Shown in pieces: positions 16,806-26,973 of a stretch of DNA of 64,000 nucleotides. Within the stretch, counting starts at the first letter, position 1. The number at the start of each line of letters is the position of its first letter. The notes below the pieces were generated by a model, which saw only the letters and a list, made by a program, of their open reading frames with translations, was not told where the DNA came from and made no database searches. Origin of the DNA: Escherichia phage PECP14. Both the position numbers and the translations under genes were made by a program. The DNA is taken from sequence record OQ870555.1; one strand, given 5' to 3'.

Positions 16806-17558
16806 ATGGGAAAACCGCGTCAGAAAAGAGAGAACCGTAATGGTTCAAGAAAGCGTAGCAACAAGTACGAGAGTAACGTAATTCAGGCTGACTTTTCGAA
16901 TGATTACGCCAATCCAGTTGCTAAATCCCTAGTTGGTAAAAACCGTGAGCAAAAATCATATATCAATATGATCAAGAATAACACAGTGACTGTGGGTATT
17001 GGTGAACCAGGTACTGGTAAAACCTTCATCCCGTCAGTTCTTGCAGCTCAGGAACTCGTAGACATTCACTCAGATATTGAGCAAGTGATCCTCGTGCGTC
17101 CGAACGAACCTCTAGGTAAATCTCTTGGTATGCTCCCAGGTGATCTGGCAGAAAAGCTAGAGCCTTGGTTGGAACCAATAGCCGATGGCATGAAATGGGC
17201 AATCGGTGATCACGCCTACAAAGGATATGTCGAACGCCAGAAAATTAAATTCCTGGCTATCGAACATGCCCGTGGCCGAACTTTCAACAACTCCTATGTA
17301 ATTGTCGATGAAGCTCAGAATATCTCCGTTGAAGCAATGATCTGTCTCCTGACTCGTGTCGGACAGGATTGCCGTTTAATCATCTGTGGAGATATCGCTC
17401 AGAAAGACATTAAGGGTGACTCCGGTCTAGCACTTCTTATGGAAGTCTATGAGAAGTACGAGAACGCCCCTTTCTCAATGATCGAACTAATTGATAACGT
17501 TCGTTCTGTTGAGTCTAAAGCATTCTACGATATCTTTAAGGATATGGGGAAGGTATAA
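16806..17558 (+). CDS. phoH: PhoH-like ATPase
   Basis: Walker A GEPGTGKTF, Walker B VIVDEAQN; TAGGAG SD before ATG 16806. Confidence 0.75.
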   Translation: MGKPRQKRENRNGSRKRSNKYESNVIQADFSNDYANPVAKSLVGKNREQKSYINMIKNNTVTVGIGEPGTGKTFIPSVLAAQELVDIHSDIEQVILVRPNEPLGKSLGMLPGDLAEKLEPWLEPIADGMKWAIGDHAYKGYVERQKIKFLAIEHARGRTFNNSYVIVDEAQNISVEAMICLLTRVGQDCRLIICGDIAQKDIKGDSGLALLMEVYEKYENAPFSMIELIDNVRSVESKAFYDIFKDMGKV

Positions 17559-17559
17559 T

Positions 17560-17802
17560 ATGGGAAACGTCGTACATCTGCACCGCAAAACTAAGATCCA
17601 CCGTACTTCACTGAGTGCTGCTAATATGATTACACGCAAAGAAGGGGAAGAAAGTCCAAAGACTTCCCTAGCGTGGAAAATTGTAGCCTCTAACCCAAAC
17701 CGGCCATTCAATTATAACGAACTTTCAACATCAGTAGATATTCTTCTGAGGGCGAATGCGAAAGCAAAAGTAATTAATCAAGCCGAAAAACTAGACTGGT
17801 AA
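17560..17802 (+). CDS. hypothetical protein
   Basis: ORF starting at ATG 17560 directly after phoH. Confidence 0.4.
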   Translation: MGNVVHLHRKTKIHRTSLSAANMITRKEGEESPKTSLAWKIVASNPNRPFNYNELSTSVDILLRANAKAKVINQAEKLDW

Positions 17803-17923
17803 TATAGAAGGCCTGGGTATGAAAATACTCGGGCCTTTTCTATCAGAAAATTTTATTTGCCAAATGACTGAGAATAAAGTAAACTATTTCCTTAATCCTG
17901 ATAATTACAAAAAGGAAAGCCAA

Positions 17924-20254
17924 ATGAGCCATCGCATCGAAAAAGTAATTAAACGTGACGGTACTGTTCAGGACTTTGCTCCTGAAAAACTCAATGATTG
18001 GGCCGCATGGGCATGTAAAGATACTGACGTAAGTTGGTCTGCCGTAGTTATGGCTGCCCTGAAAAATCTACCCAAAGGTGTTGTAGACTCCGATACACTC
18101 CAAGATGTGTTAATTAAAGCCGCTGAAGGTCTTATCAAAGACAATCCAGCATATGATACTGTAGCAAAGGAATTACGTCTTGCGCAGATGCGTAAACGCC
18201 TATATGATTCCTTCGAACCACCTTCTCTGCGTTTCTTCCACGATCATATGGTTCGTGTTGGCGCTTGGGAAGACATGAGTGCATGGATTAGCGATGATCA
18301 GTTTGACGCTCTGAATCAAGTTATTGACCATGATCGCGATCGTTTATTCACCAGTGGTGGACTGAAACAGTTCTTCGACAAGTATTCCCGTCGTAATATT
18401 GCAACTGGTGAAATTTATGAAACCCCGCAGTTTGCCTACATGGGTATGGCAATGGCGATGTTATCTCAACCTAACTGGACAATTCTAGATGCAATCGACC
18501 TCTACAATGCAATGTCGCTCCACAAAATCAACGTTCCTACGCCGCCACTGGTTGGCCTGCGCTCTAGTGACCGTGGATTTGCTAGTTGCTGCCTCGTGGA
18601 TTCCACTGACACTCTGGATTCAATCGACACAGCCGAGCACATCGTCTTCAAAATGGTCGCAGCCAGAGCGGGAATCGGGTATCATCTTGAAAGCCGATCA
18701 ATTGCTGATCCGGTGCGAAATGGGGCATTCCCGCATTCCGGAAAACTGCCATATTATCGACACATTGACCGTTCAGTAAAAGCTAACACTCAGCAAACCC
18801 GTGGCGGTTCTGCTACTGTGTCTTATCCATACTTCGATCCTGAAATCATTCAGTTGATGCAGGTTAAACAGCAACGTGCTACAGACGAGAATAAAATCGA
18901 TAAAATGGATTACTCTCTGAGCTTTAACAACCTTCTGTTAAAACGTTACCTGAAAAACGAAGATATTACGCTAATGTCCTACTTCTACGCACCAGAAGTT
19001 CATGAAGCGTTTTATGGCGAAGATGAGGCTAAGTTTGAAGAAATCTACATGGCAGCGGAGAAACGTGTGGCATCTCTTACAAAGATCGACCACGAAGGGA
19101 AAACAATTCCAGCAGCTCCTAGAATCTCTGCAAAAGAAATCCTAGATACTTGGTTACGCATCCGTATGGAAACAGGGCGTATGTACGCTCATCATATTGG
19201 TGAATCTAACCGTCATGGTAACTTCCTTGACCCGATTCGTATGACCAACCTTTGTGTAGAGATTACTCAGCCTACTCGTCCATTCCAGCACATTACGGAA
19301 CTGTACAAAACTGCGGATCAATTAGATGATATGCGTCCAGAAGATATTGGTGAAGTATCTCTGTGTAACTTAGGTGGTGTTGTACTTGGACGCATGGAAT
19401 CTCTGGCTGAGTGGGAAAAAACTTGCTACATCCTACTGAAATTCGTTGATACAATTATTGAAATTCAGGATTATCCGTTCCCAACTATGGAATATACAGC
19501 TAAGAAACGTCGTAATGTTGGTATTGGCCTGATGAACGCAGCAGGTGCAATGGCAGCAGAAGGTCTGGCTTATGAAGGTATTGAAGCCCGTAACTGGATT
19601 CACCGTGAGGCTGAAAAACTGTCTTACTTCCTGCATAAAGCCTCTGTACGCCTAGCTAAAGAACAGGGTGCATGTGAGTGGTTTGATCGTACTAAACCAT
19701 CTAAAGGAATTCTGGTAATCGACACGTACAAGAAAACTGTTGATGAACTGGTATCCGTAGGTCTAGAAATGGATTGGGAGTCTCTGCGTGCAGATATTCT
19801 GAAATATGGTATGCGTAATTCTGTTCTGACTGCTCAGATGCCAGGAGAAAGTTCTTCTGTTCTGCTAGGAGTTACTAACTCTATCGAACCGCCTCGTAAG
19901 ATTGTATCTATCAAGGGTAGTGCAGTGAATAAAGTAATTGCAATTGCTCCAGGTGCAACCGATTGGGAAACGTTAATGAGCTATAAACTGGCTTATGATG
20001 TAGATCGTATCGAGTGGATCAAATGGGTAGCAACTATGCAGAAATTCTTCAGTCAGTCTATCAGTACGAATATGTACTATGACTACACCAAGTTTGATAA
20101 TGAAATCATTCCTGGCCCAGTAGTAGTTCGTGATTTCATGACTGCTGTTAAGTATGGGTGGAAAACTTTCTACTATGCAAACTTCAATACCGCAAATGGT
20201 GGAGGTGCTGGAGAAGAAGCAGCCGGTTGTGCATCCGGCGGTTGTACTATTTAA
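17924..20254 (+). CDS. nrdA: ribonucleotide reductase large subunit (class Ia)
   Basis: ATP-cone N-terminus (VIKRDGTVQDF), catalytic-site Cys motifs, C-terminal CxxC tail; start at Met with AAGGA SD. Confidence 0.85.
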   Translation: MSHRIEKVIKRDGTVQDFAPEKLNDWAAWACKDTDVSWSAVVMAALKNLPKGVVDSDTLQDVLIKAAEGLIKDNPAYDTVAKELRLAQMRKRLYDSFEPPSLRFFHDHMVRVGAWEDMSAWISDDQFDALNQVIDHDRDRLFTSGGLKQFFDKYSRRNIATGEIYETPQFAYMGMAMAMLSQPNWTILDAIDLYNAMSLHKINVPTPPLVGLRSSDRGFASCCLVDSTDTLDSIDTAEHIVFKMVAARAGIGYHLESRSIADPVRNGAFPHSGKLPYYRHIDRSVKANTQQTRGGSATVSYPYFDPEIIQLMQVKQQRATDENKIDKMDYSLSFNNLLLKRYLKNEDITLMSYFYAPEVHEAFYGEDEAKFEEIYMAAEKRVASLTKIDHEGKTIPAAPRISAKEILDTWLRIRMETGRMYAHHIGESNRHGNFLDPIRMTNLCVEITQPTRPFQHITELYKTADQLDDMRPEDIGEVSLCNLGGVVLGRMESLAEWEKTCYILLKFVDTIIEIQDYPFPTMEYTAKKRRNVGIGLMNAAGAMAAEGLAYEGIEARNWIHREAEKLSYFLHKASVRLAKEQGACEWFDRTKPSKGILVIDTYKKTVDELVSVGLEMDWESLRADILKYGMRNSVLTAQMPGESSSVLLGVTNSIEPPRKIVSIKGSAVNKVIAIAPGATDWETLMSYKLAYDVDRIEWIKWVATMQKFFSQSISTNMYYDYTKFDNEIIPGPVVVRDFMTAVKYGWKTFYYANFNTANGGGAGEEAAGCASGGCTI

Positions 20255-20263
20255 TAAAAACAA

Positions 20264-20290
20264 GGAGATCTTCGGGTCTCCTTTTTCTTT
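20264..20290 (+). terminator. intrinsic terminator after nrdA
   Basis: GGAGATC-TTCG-GGTCTCC hairpin + TTTTTCTTT. Confidence 0.6.
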
Positions 20291-20335
20291 GAAATTTTAC
20301 TTGCTAATCGCTACCAGATTTGCTATAATATCTAT

Positions 20336-20833
20336 ATGAAATTAACACAGAGTAGATTAAAAGAGCTAATCTCCTATGACCCTGAAACTGGCGAATTTAC
20401 CTGGCTCCCAAGAAAAACTTTAGCAAAGCATTTATGGAACGCTAAAGCAGGAACCTATGATAAATTAGGGTATCTTCGTATAAAAGTTGAAGGAGTTCAA
20501 TATTTAGCTCATCGCCTAGCCTTCTTGTATATGACTGGAGAAATACCAGAAGGAAAAATTGACCATAAAGATACTAATCCGTCTAATTGCGCCTGGGATA
20601 ATCTCCGTGAAGCCACGAGTTCTCAAAATTCTATGAACTCGTGTGCAAGATCGGATAACCAGCTTGGAATGAAAAATATTCGTGTAAAAGGCACTTCATT
20701 TCAGGTTAGGATAGGCAAAGACGGCAAATCTTATACAAAAACTTTTAAAACCCTAGAAGAAGCTATAGAATGGAGAGACACCAAACTACTAGAACTTCAT
20801 GGGGACTTTGCAAACAACGGAGAAGCTAAATGA
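20336..20833 (+). CDS. HNH homing endonuclease with AP2-like DNA-binding domain
   Basis: IDHKDTNPSNCAWDNLREATSSQN (HNH), NIRVKGTSFQVRIGKDGK (AP2-like); sits between nrdA and nrdB. Confidence 0.7.
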   Translation: MKLTQSRLKELISYDPETGEFTWLPRKTLAKHLWNAKAGTYDKLGYLRIKVEGVQYLAHRLAFLYMTGEIPEGKIDHKDTNPSNCAWDNLREATSSQNSMNSCARSDNQLGMKNIRVKGTSFQVRIGKDGKSYTKTFKTLEEAIEWRDTKLLELHGDFANNGEAK

Positions 20834-21975
20834 CTACTTTACTTAACTTAGAATGGGATCATACTAACGCTGATCTTTTCCTCGGTGATTCTTTGGGTAT
20901 CGCAGATTATGTGCGTGTGGCACACCCCGAACTAGAGCGATTAGCTCTGTTGCAGCGTTCCCAGTTCTGGACTGAAACTGAAATTAGTCTTGAAGCTGAT
21001 AAAAAGCAGTGGGGTAATCTCCCACGTGATATTCAGGAAATTACTCTCCTGAACTTAGCATGGCAGACCCAAACAGATTCTTTCATTAGCCGTGCTCCTG
21101 AAGCAGCTATTATGCCGCTTGTAAGCCGTCCTGAATTGGAGGGTATGCTCAAGCAGTGGAGCTACTTCGAAGATCTGCACAGCCGTGCGTATAGTAATAT
21201 TATTCGTAACGTTCTGACTGATCCAGCAGAATTTATTGATTCTGTAACTAAAAACCAAGAAGCATTTGCACGTATCGCAGATTCTGTTGAACTGTTTGAT
21301 GAATTGTATCTGTTAGGTCAGTATTTCCTTGCAGTACGTGATCATCGTGGTGATAATACTTATCCAGAAACTGAGTTCCCTGAAGTTAAACGTGAAACTC
21401 AGGCTAAGCTGTTAGATGCTTACTTTGCAATCTACGGTCTGGAAGCAATGCAGTTCTACGCATCCTTTGCATGTACCTTTGCTCTAGCAGAGAACGATAT
21501 TCTGCAAGGTATTGCTAAGAACCTGCAATTAATCGCTAAAGATGAAGCTCTACATACTCAAATGTCTAAAGCTATCATCCAGATTATGTTCCAGCAGTTT
21601 GATAAAGATCTGGTAGACGAAGCATTAGCTAAAGCACCAGCACAACTCCTAAAAACTCTGAAAACTGAGATTGAATGGGGTCACTTTATCTTTAAAGGCC
21701 GTAGTCTGATTGGTTTGAACGCAGAACTGCTTGAAGAATACCTTTACTTTGTAGGACGTAACGCATTTATGCACATTGGTGTAGAATGGCCAAGCCACTT
21801 ACCTGTAATTACTAAGAATCCGATTCCGTGGATCATGAACTGGTTGGATACTACTTCTCTACAACCTGCTCCGCAAGAGATTCAGATTGGTGCAGCCTAC
21901 CGCGTAGGTCAAGTCACAGAAACCTCTGCTGATACTCTGAAAGATCTTGGCAACGAATTTGAGGGTATGTTCTAA
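20830..21975 (+). CDS. nrdB: ribonucleotide reductase small subunit
   Basis: di-iron ligand E/H motifs (FEDLHSRAY, DEALH). Confidence 0.8.
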   Translation: MTTLLNLEWDHTNADLFLGDSLGIADYVRVAHPELERLALLQRSQFWTETEISLEADKKQWGNLPRDIQEITLLNLAWQTQTDSFISRAPEAAIMPLVSRPELEGMLKQWSYFEDLHSRAYSNIIRNVLTDPAEFIDSVTKNQEAFARIADSVELFDELYLLGQYFLAVRDHRGDNTYPETEFPEVKRETQAKLLDAYFAIYGLEAMQFYASFACTFALAENDILQGIAKNLQLIAKDEALHTQMSKAIIQIMFQQFDKDLVDEALAKAPAQLLKTLKTEIEWGHFIFKGRSLIGLNAELLEEYLYFVGRNAFMHIGVEWPSHLPVITKNPIPWIMNWLDTTSLQPAPQEIQIGAAYRVGQVTETSADTLKDLGNEFEGMF

Positions 21976-22505
21976 TGATAGCAGCAATCTATGCAACTGG
22001 GCCGAATGGGGAGTTCGGCCTCAATGGTAAGCTCCCCTGGGGTTCTTTCAAAGAAGAACTAGATATCTTCTATGCTACATTGGATTCTCTAGCACCTGAT
22101 AATATTATTGTAGGAGCAGGAACTTGGTTAGCCTTCCCTGAGACTCTGCAAAAAAGAATACTAGGAGATTCTGACCTATTTATTTATGCAAATAGACCAC
22201 TACCTAACTCTGTAGGATCAGCTACACGCATAAGCAACATTGGATACCGTCTGCCTGATTTTCTCAAGGAAGAGGTAACTGTAGTATTAGGGGGAGCAAC
22301 TCTGCTTCTTGAAATGTATGTCAAAAATCATCTAGATATGGCGTATATCTCTACTATTACTTCAGCCACACCATTATCCGCTGATGTACATCTGCATCAT
22401 CATATTACTTTAACTAATTCAATGGCAACTAGAATGGACTATGTGGCAGGACAGAATGCAGATAAAACGCTTTCATTCTTACAAGAATTGGTGATATTTA
22501 AATGA
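21975..22505 (+). CDS. frd: dihydrofolate reductase
   Basis: [23 protein letters not shown]-terminus typical of DHFR. Confidence 0.7.
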   Translation: MIAAIYATGPNGEFGLNGKLPWGSFKEELDIFYATLDSLAPDNIIVGAGTWLAFPETLQKRILGDSDLFIYANRPLPNSVGSATRISNIGYRLPDFLKEEVTVVLGGATLLLEMYVKNHLDMAYISTITSATPLSADVHLHHHITLTNSMATRMDYVAGQNADKTLSFLQELVIFK

Positions 22506-23356
22506 AGCAATATATTGAAACTGGAAAACGTATTCTTGAAGAGGGTGTATGGGTAACGAATCCTAGAACAGGGGTTCGTTGCCTAACCATTATTGATGCA
22601 GACTTTACCTTTAACGTAGGGGCGGGAGAACTGCCGCTAGTAACTACTCGTAAAGCATTTGCTAAACAAGCAATAATGGAAATGATCGGATATCTCCGTG
22701 GGTACGACTCAGCAGCACAATTCCGCGCTATTGGTGTTAATACATGGAATGCTAATGCAAATGAAAATATTGCCTGGCTAGGTAATCCATTCCGTAAAGG
22801 CGAGGATGATATGGGACGAGTCTATGGTGTTCAAGGACGTCATTGGACTAATTCTGATGGTATGGTATTTGATCAGTTAGCCAAAGTCTATCATAATTTG
22901 AAGAAAGGGATTGACGATCGTGGAGAAATTTTAACTTTTTGGAACCCTGGGGAATTTCGTAAAGGATGCTTACGTCCATGTATGCATACCCATCAATTCT
23001 CTATTTTAGGTGATACACTATACCTAAACTCTTTCCAGAGGTCTAATGATTTCTTGCTGGGCCAAGTATTTAATATGGTGCAATGTTATGCACTTCTAGC
23101 TATTATGGCACAGATTACAGGTCTTAAGCCAGGTATTGCTCGTCAAAAGATTATCAATCTTCATATCTATGAAGATCAGTATAATGTTCTGATGGAGCAC
23201 AAGCAATTCGATCGTAAACCTTTTGCATCTCCTACTTTAGAAATCAATCCAAATATCCAAACTTTGGATGATGTATTAACGTGGGTAAATAAGGATGATT
23301 TTACTGTTCGTGGCTATGAACACCATCCTGCTATTGCATACCCATTCACAGTCTAA
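22502..23356 (+). CDS. thyA: thymidylate synthase
   Basis: ThyA-like length and motifs including catalytic-site CLRPCMHT. Confidence 0.8.
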   Translation: MKQYIETGKRILEEGVWVTNPRTGVRCLTIIDADFTFNVGAGELPLVTTRKAFAKQAIMEMIGYLRGYDSAAQFRAIGVNTWNANANENIAWLGNPFRKGEDDMGRVYGVQGRHWTNSDGMVFDQLAKVYHNLKKGIDDRGEILTFWNPGEFRKGCLRPCMHTHQFSILGDTLYLNSFQRSNDFLLGQVFNMVQCYALLAIMAQITGLKPGIARQKIINLHIYEDQYNVLMEHKQFDRKPFASPTLEINPNIQTLDDVLTWVNKDDFTVRGYEHHPAIAYPFTV

Positions 23357-23362
23357 TTCAAA

Positions 23363-23388
23363 TAGCCCTTCGGGGCTATTATATTTAA
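23363..23388 (+). terminator. intrinsic terminator after thyA
   Basis: AGCCC-TTCG-GGGCT hairpin followed by AT-rich tract. Confidence 0.5.
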
Positions 23389-23396
23389 ATTTCATT

Positions 23397-23424
23397 TGCT
23401 TACTGAGTGAAATTCAAATATAAT
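23397..23424 (+). promoter_or_regulatory. early promoter cassette (TTGCTT -35, TATAAT -10)
   Basis: A-rich upstream tract, TTGCT, 16-18 bp spacer, TATAAT, then conserved leader; precedes 23450 CDS. Confidence 0.5.
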
Positions 23425-23449
23425 ATATTTTATAAATTGGAGACACTTA

Positions 23450-23703
23450 TGGGACTCTTTAAAAAGAAAGTTTATTTAACACAAAGTCAAGAACGCAGGT
23501 TCTTAGCTCTGTCTCAGTATTACCATTTACCTTTCGATCATTTCATAGAACGGGCGTTAGAACAATTCCTAGAAAAGGAATTAAGGGCAATTAGACCTGA
23601 ACCGCCAAGAGCACCAAATGATGCACAGAGAGGTCATCCACGTATCCCACCTATGCCGCCAGTTCCACCAGCGACTAGGGTCATTATAGAAGGTGATAAA
23701 TAA
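23450..23703 (+). CDS. hypothetical protein (Pro-rich C-terminus)
   Basis: start after promoter cassette and GGAGA SD. Confidence 0.45.
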
Positions 23704-23972
23704 TGTCTATTCTTTTATCTGCTTTAGAAGCAAAGCAAAATACTATTGCTAGTATTAAAAAGGAAGTAATTGATCTGGAATCACTTATCGCCGTAGAAAT
23801 CGATAAAGCCATTAAAGATAAAGAATTTAACTGCCACATCCAGGGACTGACTGAATACTCAGAAAACGCTAGAAATAGCGTTATGCAAAAACTTAGCAAA
23901 CTAGGTTATGTTGTAGAAGCTAAGTATGAACAGCGTGAAGGTTTTTGGCTTGAAATTGATTGGAGCAAATAA
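23703..23972 (+). CDS. hypothetical protein
   Basis: ORF. Confidence 0.45.
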   Translation: MSILLSALEAKQNTIASIKKEVIDLESLIAVEIDKAIKDKEFNCHIQGLTEYSENARNSVMQKLSKLGYVVEAKYEQREGFWLEIDWSK

Positions 23973-24448
23973 TGTCGGTTTTCCACATATATACAGATGG
24001 TGCATGTAAAGGCAATCCTGGTTTAGGTGCGTGGGGATTTGTTGTCTATAATGATAATGATGATCGTATTGGCTCTAAATCTGGCTTTAGCCCTAAAACT
24101 ACTAATAACGAAATGGAACTTACTGCAATTGTAGAAGTTCTTCGTTGGTCTACTAAGAAAGATAATCGTCCAGTAATTATCTACACTGATTCTGCTTACT
24201 GCAAAAATGGTATGGAAAGCTGGATGTGGTCTTGGCAGAAGAAAGGCTGGAAGAAGGGAGATGGTGAAACTCCTCTCAATTTAGAACTCTGGCAAGAAGC
24301 GTTTAAACTAACTCAACAGTATATTAATTTCCATGATACTAACCCAACCTTTGTTAAGGTTAAAGGTCACTCAGGTATTCGTGGTAATGAAGAAGTTGAT
24401 GCTCTATGCAATACTGTAATTACTGAGCAAGAACTTGATGAGATGTAA
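23972..24448 (+). CDS. rnh: ribonuclease H
   Basis: YTDGAC...ELTAIVE...YTDSAY RNase H motifs. Confidence 0.75.
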   Translation: MSVFHIYTDGACKGNPGLGAWGFVVYNDNDDRIGSKSGFSPKTTNNEMELTAIVEVLRWSTKKDNRPVIIYTDSAYCKNGMESWMWSWQKKGWKKGDGETPLNLELWQEAFKLTQQYINFHDTNPTFVKVKGHSGIRGNEEVDALCNTVITEQELDEM

Positions 24449-24468
24449 TAAATAAATTAAAAATTCAC

Positions 24469-24497
24469 TTGCTTAAAGCCCTCGAATTTAGTATAAT
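24469..24497 (+). promoter_or_regulatory. early promoter cassette
   Basis: AAAAATTCACTTGCTTAAAG...GTATAATATT; 17-bp spacer. Confidence 0.55.
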
Positions 24498-24524
24498 ATT
24501 CGTATTGAAAGTGAGGAGGGCTTT

Positions 24525-24803
24525 ATGCGAATTTACAACTCAAATTCATTAGGATTTAAACCTTTGAGAAAACGCGCACAATCTCCGCGTCAGATCAGAA
24601 AGGCAAATATTGGTGAGCCAGAAACTAGGCTTCCACCACCTCCGGAGCAACGTCTAGTTTACCTAGACGAAGAATTAGCCGAAAGGGAACGCAAAGCTCA
24701 AGAAGAAATTGAGCGTAAGAAACTATGTACTGCTCCTGCATATAATAAGGGTGGTTATCAGTACGTTTCCAGTGAGGAACAAGCTAAGATGATCGGCAGA
24801 TAA
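24525..24803 (+). CDS. hypothetical protein
   Basis: promoter cassette + GAGGAGG SD. Confidence 0.5.
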   Translation: MRIYNSNSLGFKPLRKRAQSPRQIRKANIGEPETRLPPPPEQRLVYLDEELAERERKAQEEIERKKLCTAPAYNKGGYQYVSSEEQAKMIGR

Positions 24804-24820
24804 TTTTTAAAAAATTCATT

Positions 24821-24849
24821 TGCTAAACGCTTCAAAATTTCGTATAATA
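24821..24849 (+). promoter_or_regulatory. early promoter cassette
   Basis: TTGCTA-17-TATAAT followed by ATAAATTGAT leader. Confidence 0.55.
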
Positions 24850-24887
24850 TATCTCATAAATTGATTAACAAAAAAGGAAAACAAATA

Positions 24888-25403
24888 ATGGCTAAGCAGA
24901 AAAACGCAAAAACTCAGGCAGCTCCGGCAGTTAAAACTTTCGCTCAGACCGAAGCCAATCGTAAGGCTCGTCTGGAACGTCATCTGCGTAAGCATCCTAC
25001 TGATGCTCAGGCTCAGACTGCCCTGAAGTCTGCGGCTCCGGTTCGCCAGAAGCCGAAGGCCAAGAACTCTACTCGCGCAACTGCTAAGCAGGTTGTGTTC
25101 ATCAAGGGTGAAGGTCATAAGTCTGTACCGGTAACTCTGAGCTTTAACGGCGGTGCTGAGATGTTCGCCCGCAACGGTATGGCTCTGAAAGACTACGAAA
25201 AAGCAGTCAATCAGAAGCGTAAGCCAATGGCTGACGTAATACGTGAATCCCGTGGACAGTTTGGCTCCGTTAAACCGAATATTTTCGGTGTAGAGTATAG
25301 CCGTGACAACGTTCGCGCTCTGTGCTACGGTATCGGTATTAAGTTTACTGGTGCTTCTGATCGTAAATCCGCTAAACCTACTCGTAAGCGTAAAGCGAAG
25401 TAA
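24888..25403 (+). CDS. highly basic Lys/Ala-rich protein
   Basis: promoter cassette upstream; GC3-rich high-expression codon usage. Confidence 0.5.
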   Translation: MAKQKNAKTQAAPAVKTFAQTEANRKARLERHLRKHPTDAQAQTALKSAAPVRQKPKAKNSTRATAKQVVFIKGEGHKSVPVTLSFNGGAEMFARNGMALKDYEKAVNQKRKPMADVIRESRGQFGSVKPNIFGVEYSRDNVRALCYGIGIKFTGASDRKSAKPTRKRKAK

Positions 25404-25408
25404 TGATT

Positions 25409-25432
25409 GATGGGGCGAAAGCCCCATATACT
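25409..25432 (+). terminator. GAAA-tetraloop hairpin (terminator/stability element)
   Basis: GGGGCGAAAGCCCC; same hairpin recurs at 25689-25704. Confidence 0.4.
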
Positions 25433-25464
25433 AACTCTTTCTCTGACTAATTAAGGATATTTTT

Positions 25465-25680
25465 ATGTTCTCTAAGAAACCACGTTCCGTTACTGAAATC
25501 GTTGCTTCCTTTACCACTATTACTGATGAACTTCAAGCTCGTATTGAAGCTGACCAGAAAACTGCTGCTGATATTCAGAAACAGCAGGAAGAACTCGCTC
25601 TGAAACTGGCTGAAACCAATAAGAGTGAAAAATCTGCTCAAACTATTAAGGAAAATATCCTTAAACTGCTGGACAAGTAA
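25465..25680 (+). CDS. hypothetical small coiled-coil protein
   Basis: ORF with SD; between two GGGGCGAAAGCCCC hairpins. Confidence 0.45.
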   Translation: MFSKKPRSVTEIVASFTTITDELQARIEADQKTAADIQKQQEELALKLAETNKSEKSAQTIKENILKLLDK

Positions 25681-25688
25681 TTTAAATC

Positions 25689-25712
25689 AGGGGGCGAAAG
25701 CCCCTCTTATTT
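25689..25712 (+). terminator. GAAA-tetraloop hairpin (terminator/stability element)
   Basis: GGGGCGAAAGCCCC + CTTATTT. Confidence 0.4.
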
Positions 25713-25721
25713 GGAGAAACT

Positions 25722-25934
25722 ATGCGTAACTTCGTTGCAAAGAATGATTTTAACCGTGCTAGCACTCACAAGTCTGCTAGAGACTACACTCGTCTTTCTA
25801 AACATGAGCTTCTAGAAGAAATCATGGAAGAAAACTGGGATGTTAGTGAAAATGGAACAGACCTGTTTGAAGAAGAGGAACTTCCTCTGAAAGACCCCAA
25901 ACAGTGGGAGTCTATTAAAGAGACAGCTCTTTAA
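25722..25934 (+). CDS. hypothetical protein
   Basis: ORF. Confidence 0.4.
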   Translation: MRNFVAKNDFNRASTHKSARDYTRLSKHELLEEIMEENWDVSENGTDLFEEEELPLKDPKQWESIKETAL

Positions 25935-25964
25935 TAGTTTTCTACAACAATAAAGGACATAATT

Positions 25965-26666
25965 ATGAAATTCAAGCCCTTTGGTATGCTGGACATTGAA
26001 TCTCTAGGTACTCCAGGAAATTGCGGTACTACTCATATTGCAATGCCTTCTTTCGCTTTTGTAGCGATGCACGGAATTGATAAAGATCCTGATCTGGTAT
26101 TCGTTACTCTAGACGTTCAAGATCAGCTTAATGCGGGTGCTAAGGTAACTGCCTCTACTATTGCATTCTGGATGGATCAAGCTAAAAACAGTCCATCTGC
26201 GCTCCATATTATGGAGGCTCTAAATGGTCGTAATCCTAAACTGATTGCCTTCCGTGATGGTAAGCATCACTGCACTAATGACGTAGGCTCTAATTATGCT
26301 GCCTTCTCTATGGCTCAGAACATTATGGAATTGTCTCTAGGAGATAATGCTCTGTATTACGGCAATGGCCCAGAGTTTGATATGACAATCTACTCTGCAA
26401 ATACGTTCCATGCCGGAACCCATGAAGAAATAGTTCCGTGGAAATTCTGGAACTTAGGTAACGTTCGATCTTTCCGTAATCAGTGGATGCAAGCTGGTTA
26501 TAGCTATAAAGATCTAGAAGCCGAAGGTGCTAGCTGGGCAAAAGCTAAAATGGAAAAGATGGACACCATTCGTTATGGAATCTATCCTGTGAAGCATGAT
26601 CCAGCATTCGATGCTTTAGTTGAAAGTTATTGTGTAGCCGTCATGATCGAAAAAATCAAAATTTGA
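25965..26666 (+). CDS. putative DEDDh-type 3'-5' exonuclease
   Basis: MLDIESLG (exo I-like) and HDPAFDALV (exo III-like H..D) motifs. Confidence 0.45.
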   Translation: MKFKPFGMLDIESLGTPGNCGTTHIAMPSFAFVAMHGIDKDPDLVFVTLDVQDQLNAGAKVTASTIAFWMDQAKNSPSALHIMEALNGRNPKLIAFRDGKHHCTNDVGSNYAAFSMAQNIMELSLGDNALYYGNGPEFDMTIYSANTFHAGTHEEIVPWKFWNLGNVRSFRNQWMQAGYSYKDLEAEGASWAKAKMEKMDTIRYGIYPVKHDPAFDALVESYCVAVMIEKIKI

Positions 26667-26667
26667 T

Positions 26668-26696
26668 TTGCTTTCAGCTCCAAAATTCTGTATAAT
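26668..26696 (+). promoter_or_regulatory. early promoter cassette
   Basis: TTGCTT-17-TATAAT. Confidence 0.55.
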
Positions 26697-26736
26697 ATAT
26701 TCATAAATTTGAGAGAACAACAAAAGGAAAACAATT

Positions 26737-26919
26737 ATGCCAGTATCTAAAAACGTCCGTAAAAATGGTAAAGTAGCAAAACGTAACCTGGGTCTGCGTC
26801 GTATGGCTGAACGTCAGTCCGGCATCCAGAAAATCTTTAACGTACTGAATCGCGCCAATCCGAATATTGATAACAGTTCTGATACTGTTCTGCGCACTCT
26901 GCTGGCAATCGGTCTGTAA
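26737..26919 (+). CDS. small basic protein
   Basis: promoter cassette upstream. Confidence 0.45.
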   Translation: MPVSKNVRKNGKVAKRNLGLRRMAERQSGIQKIFNVLNRANPNIDNSSDTVLRTLLAIGL

Positions 26920-26973
26920 TAGACCGTTTTTAAAACAAATTCAAATCTCAAACTTCATATAAGGAAGCAAATA

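Noticed and set aside
24816-25427. 203-aa minus-strand ORF
   Set aside because: Antisense shadow of the strongly codon-biased basic-protein gene at 24888-25403
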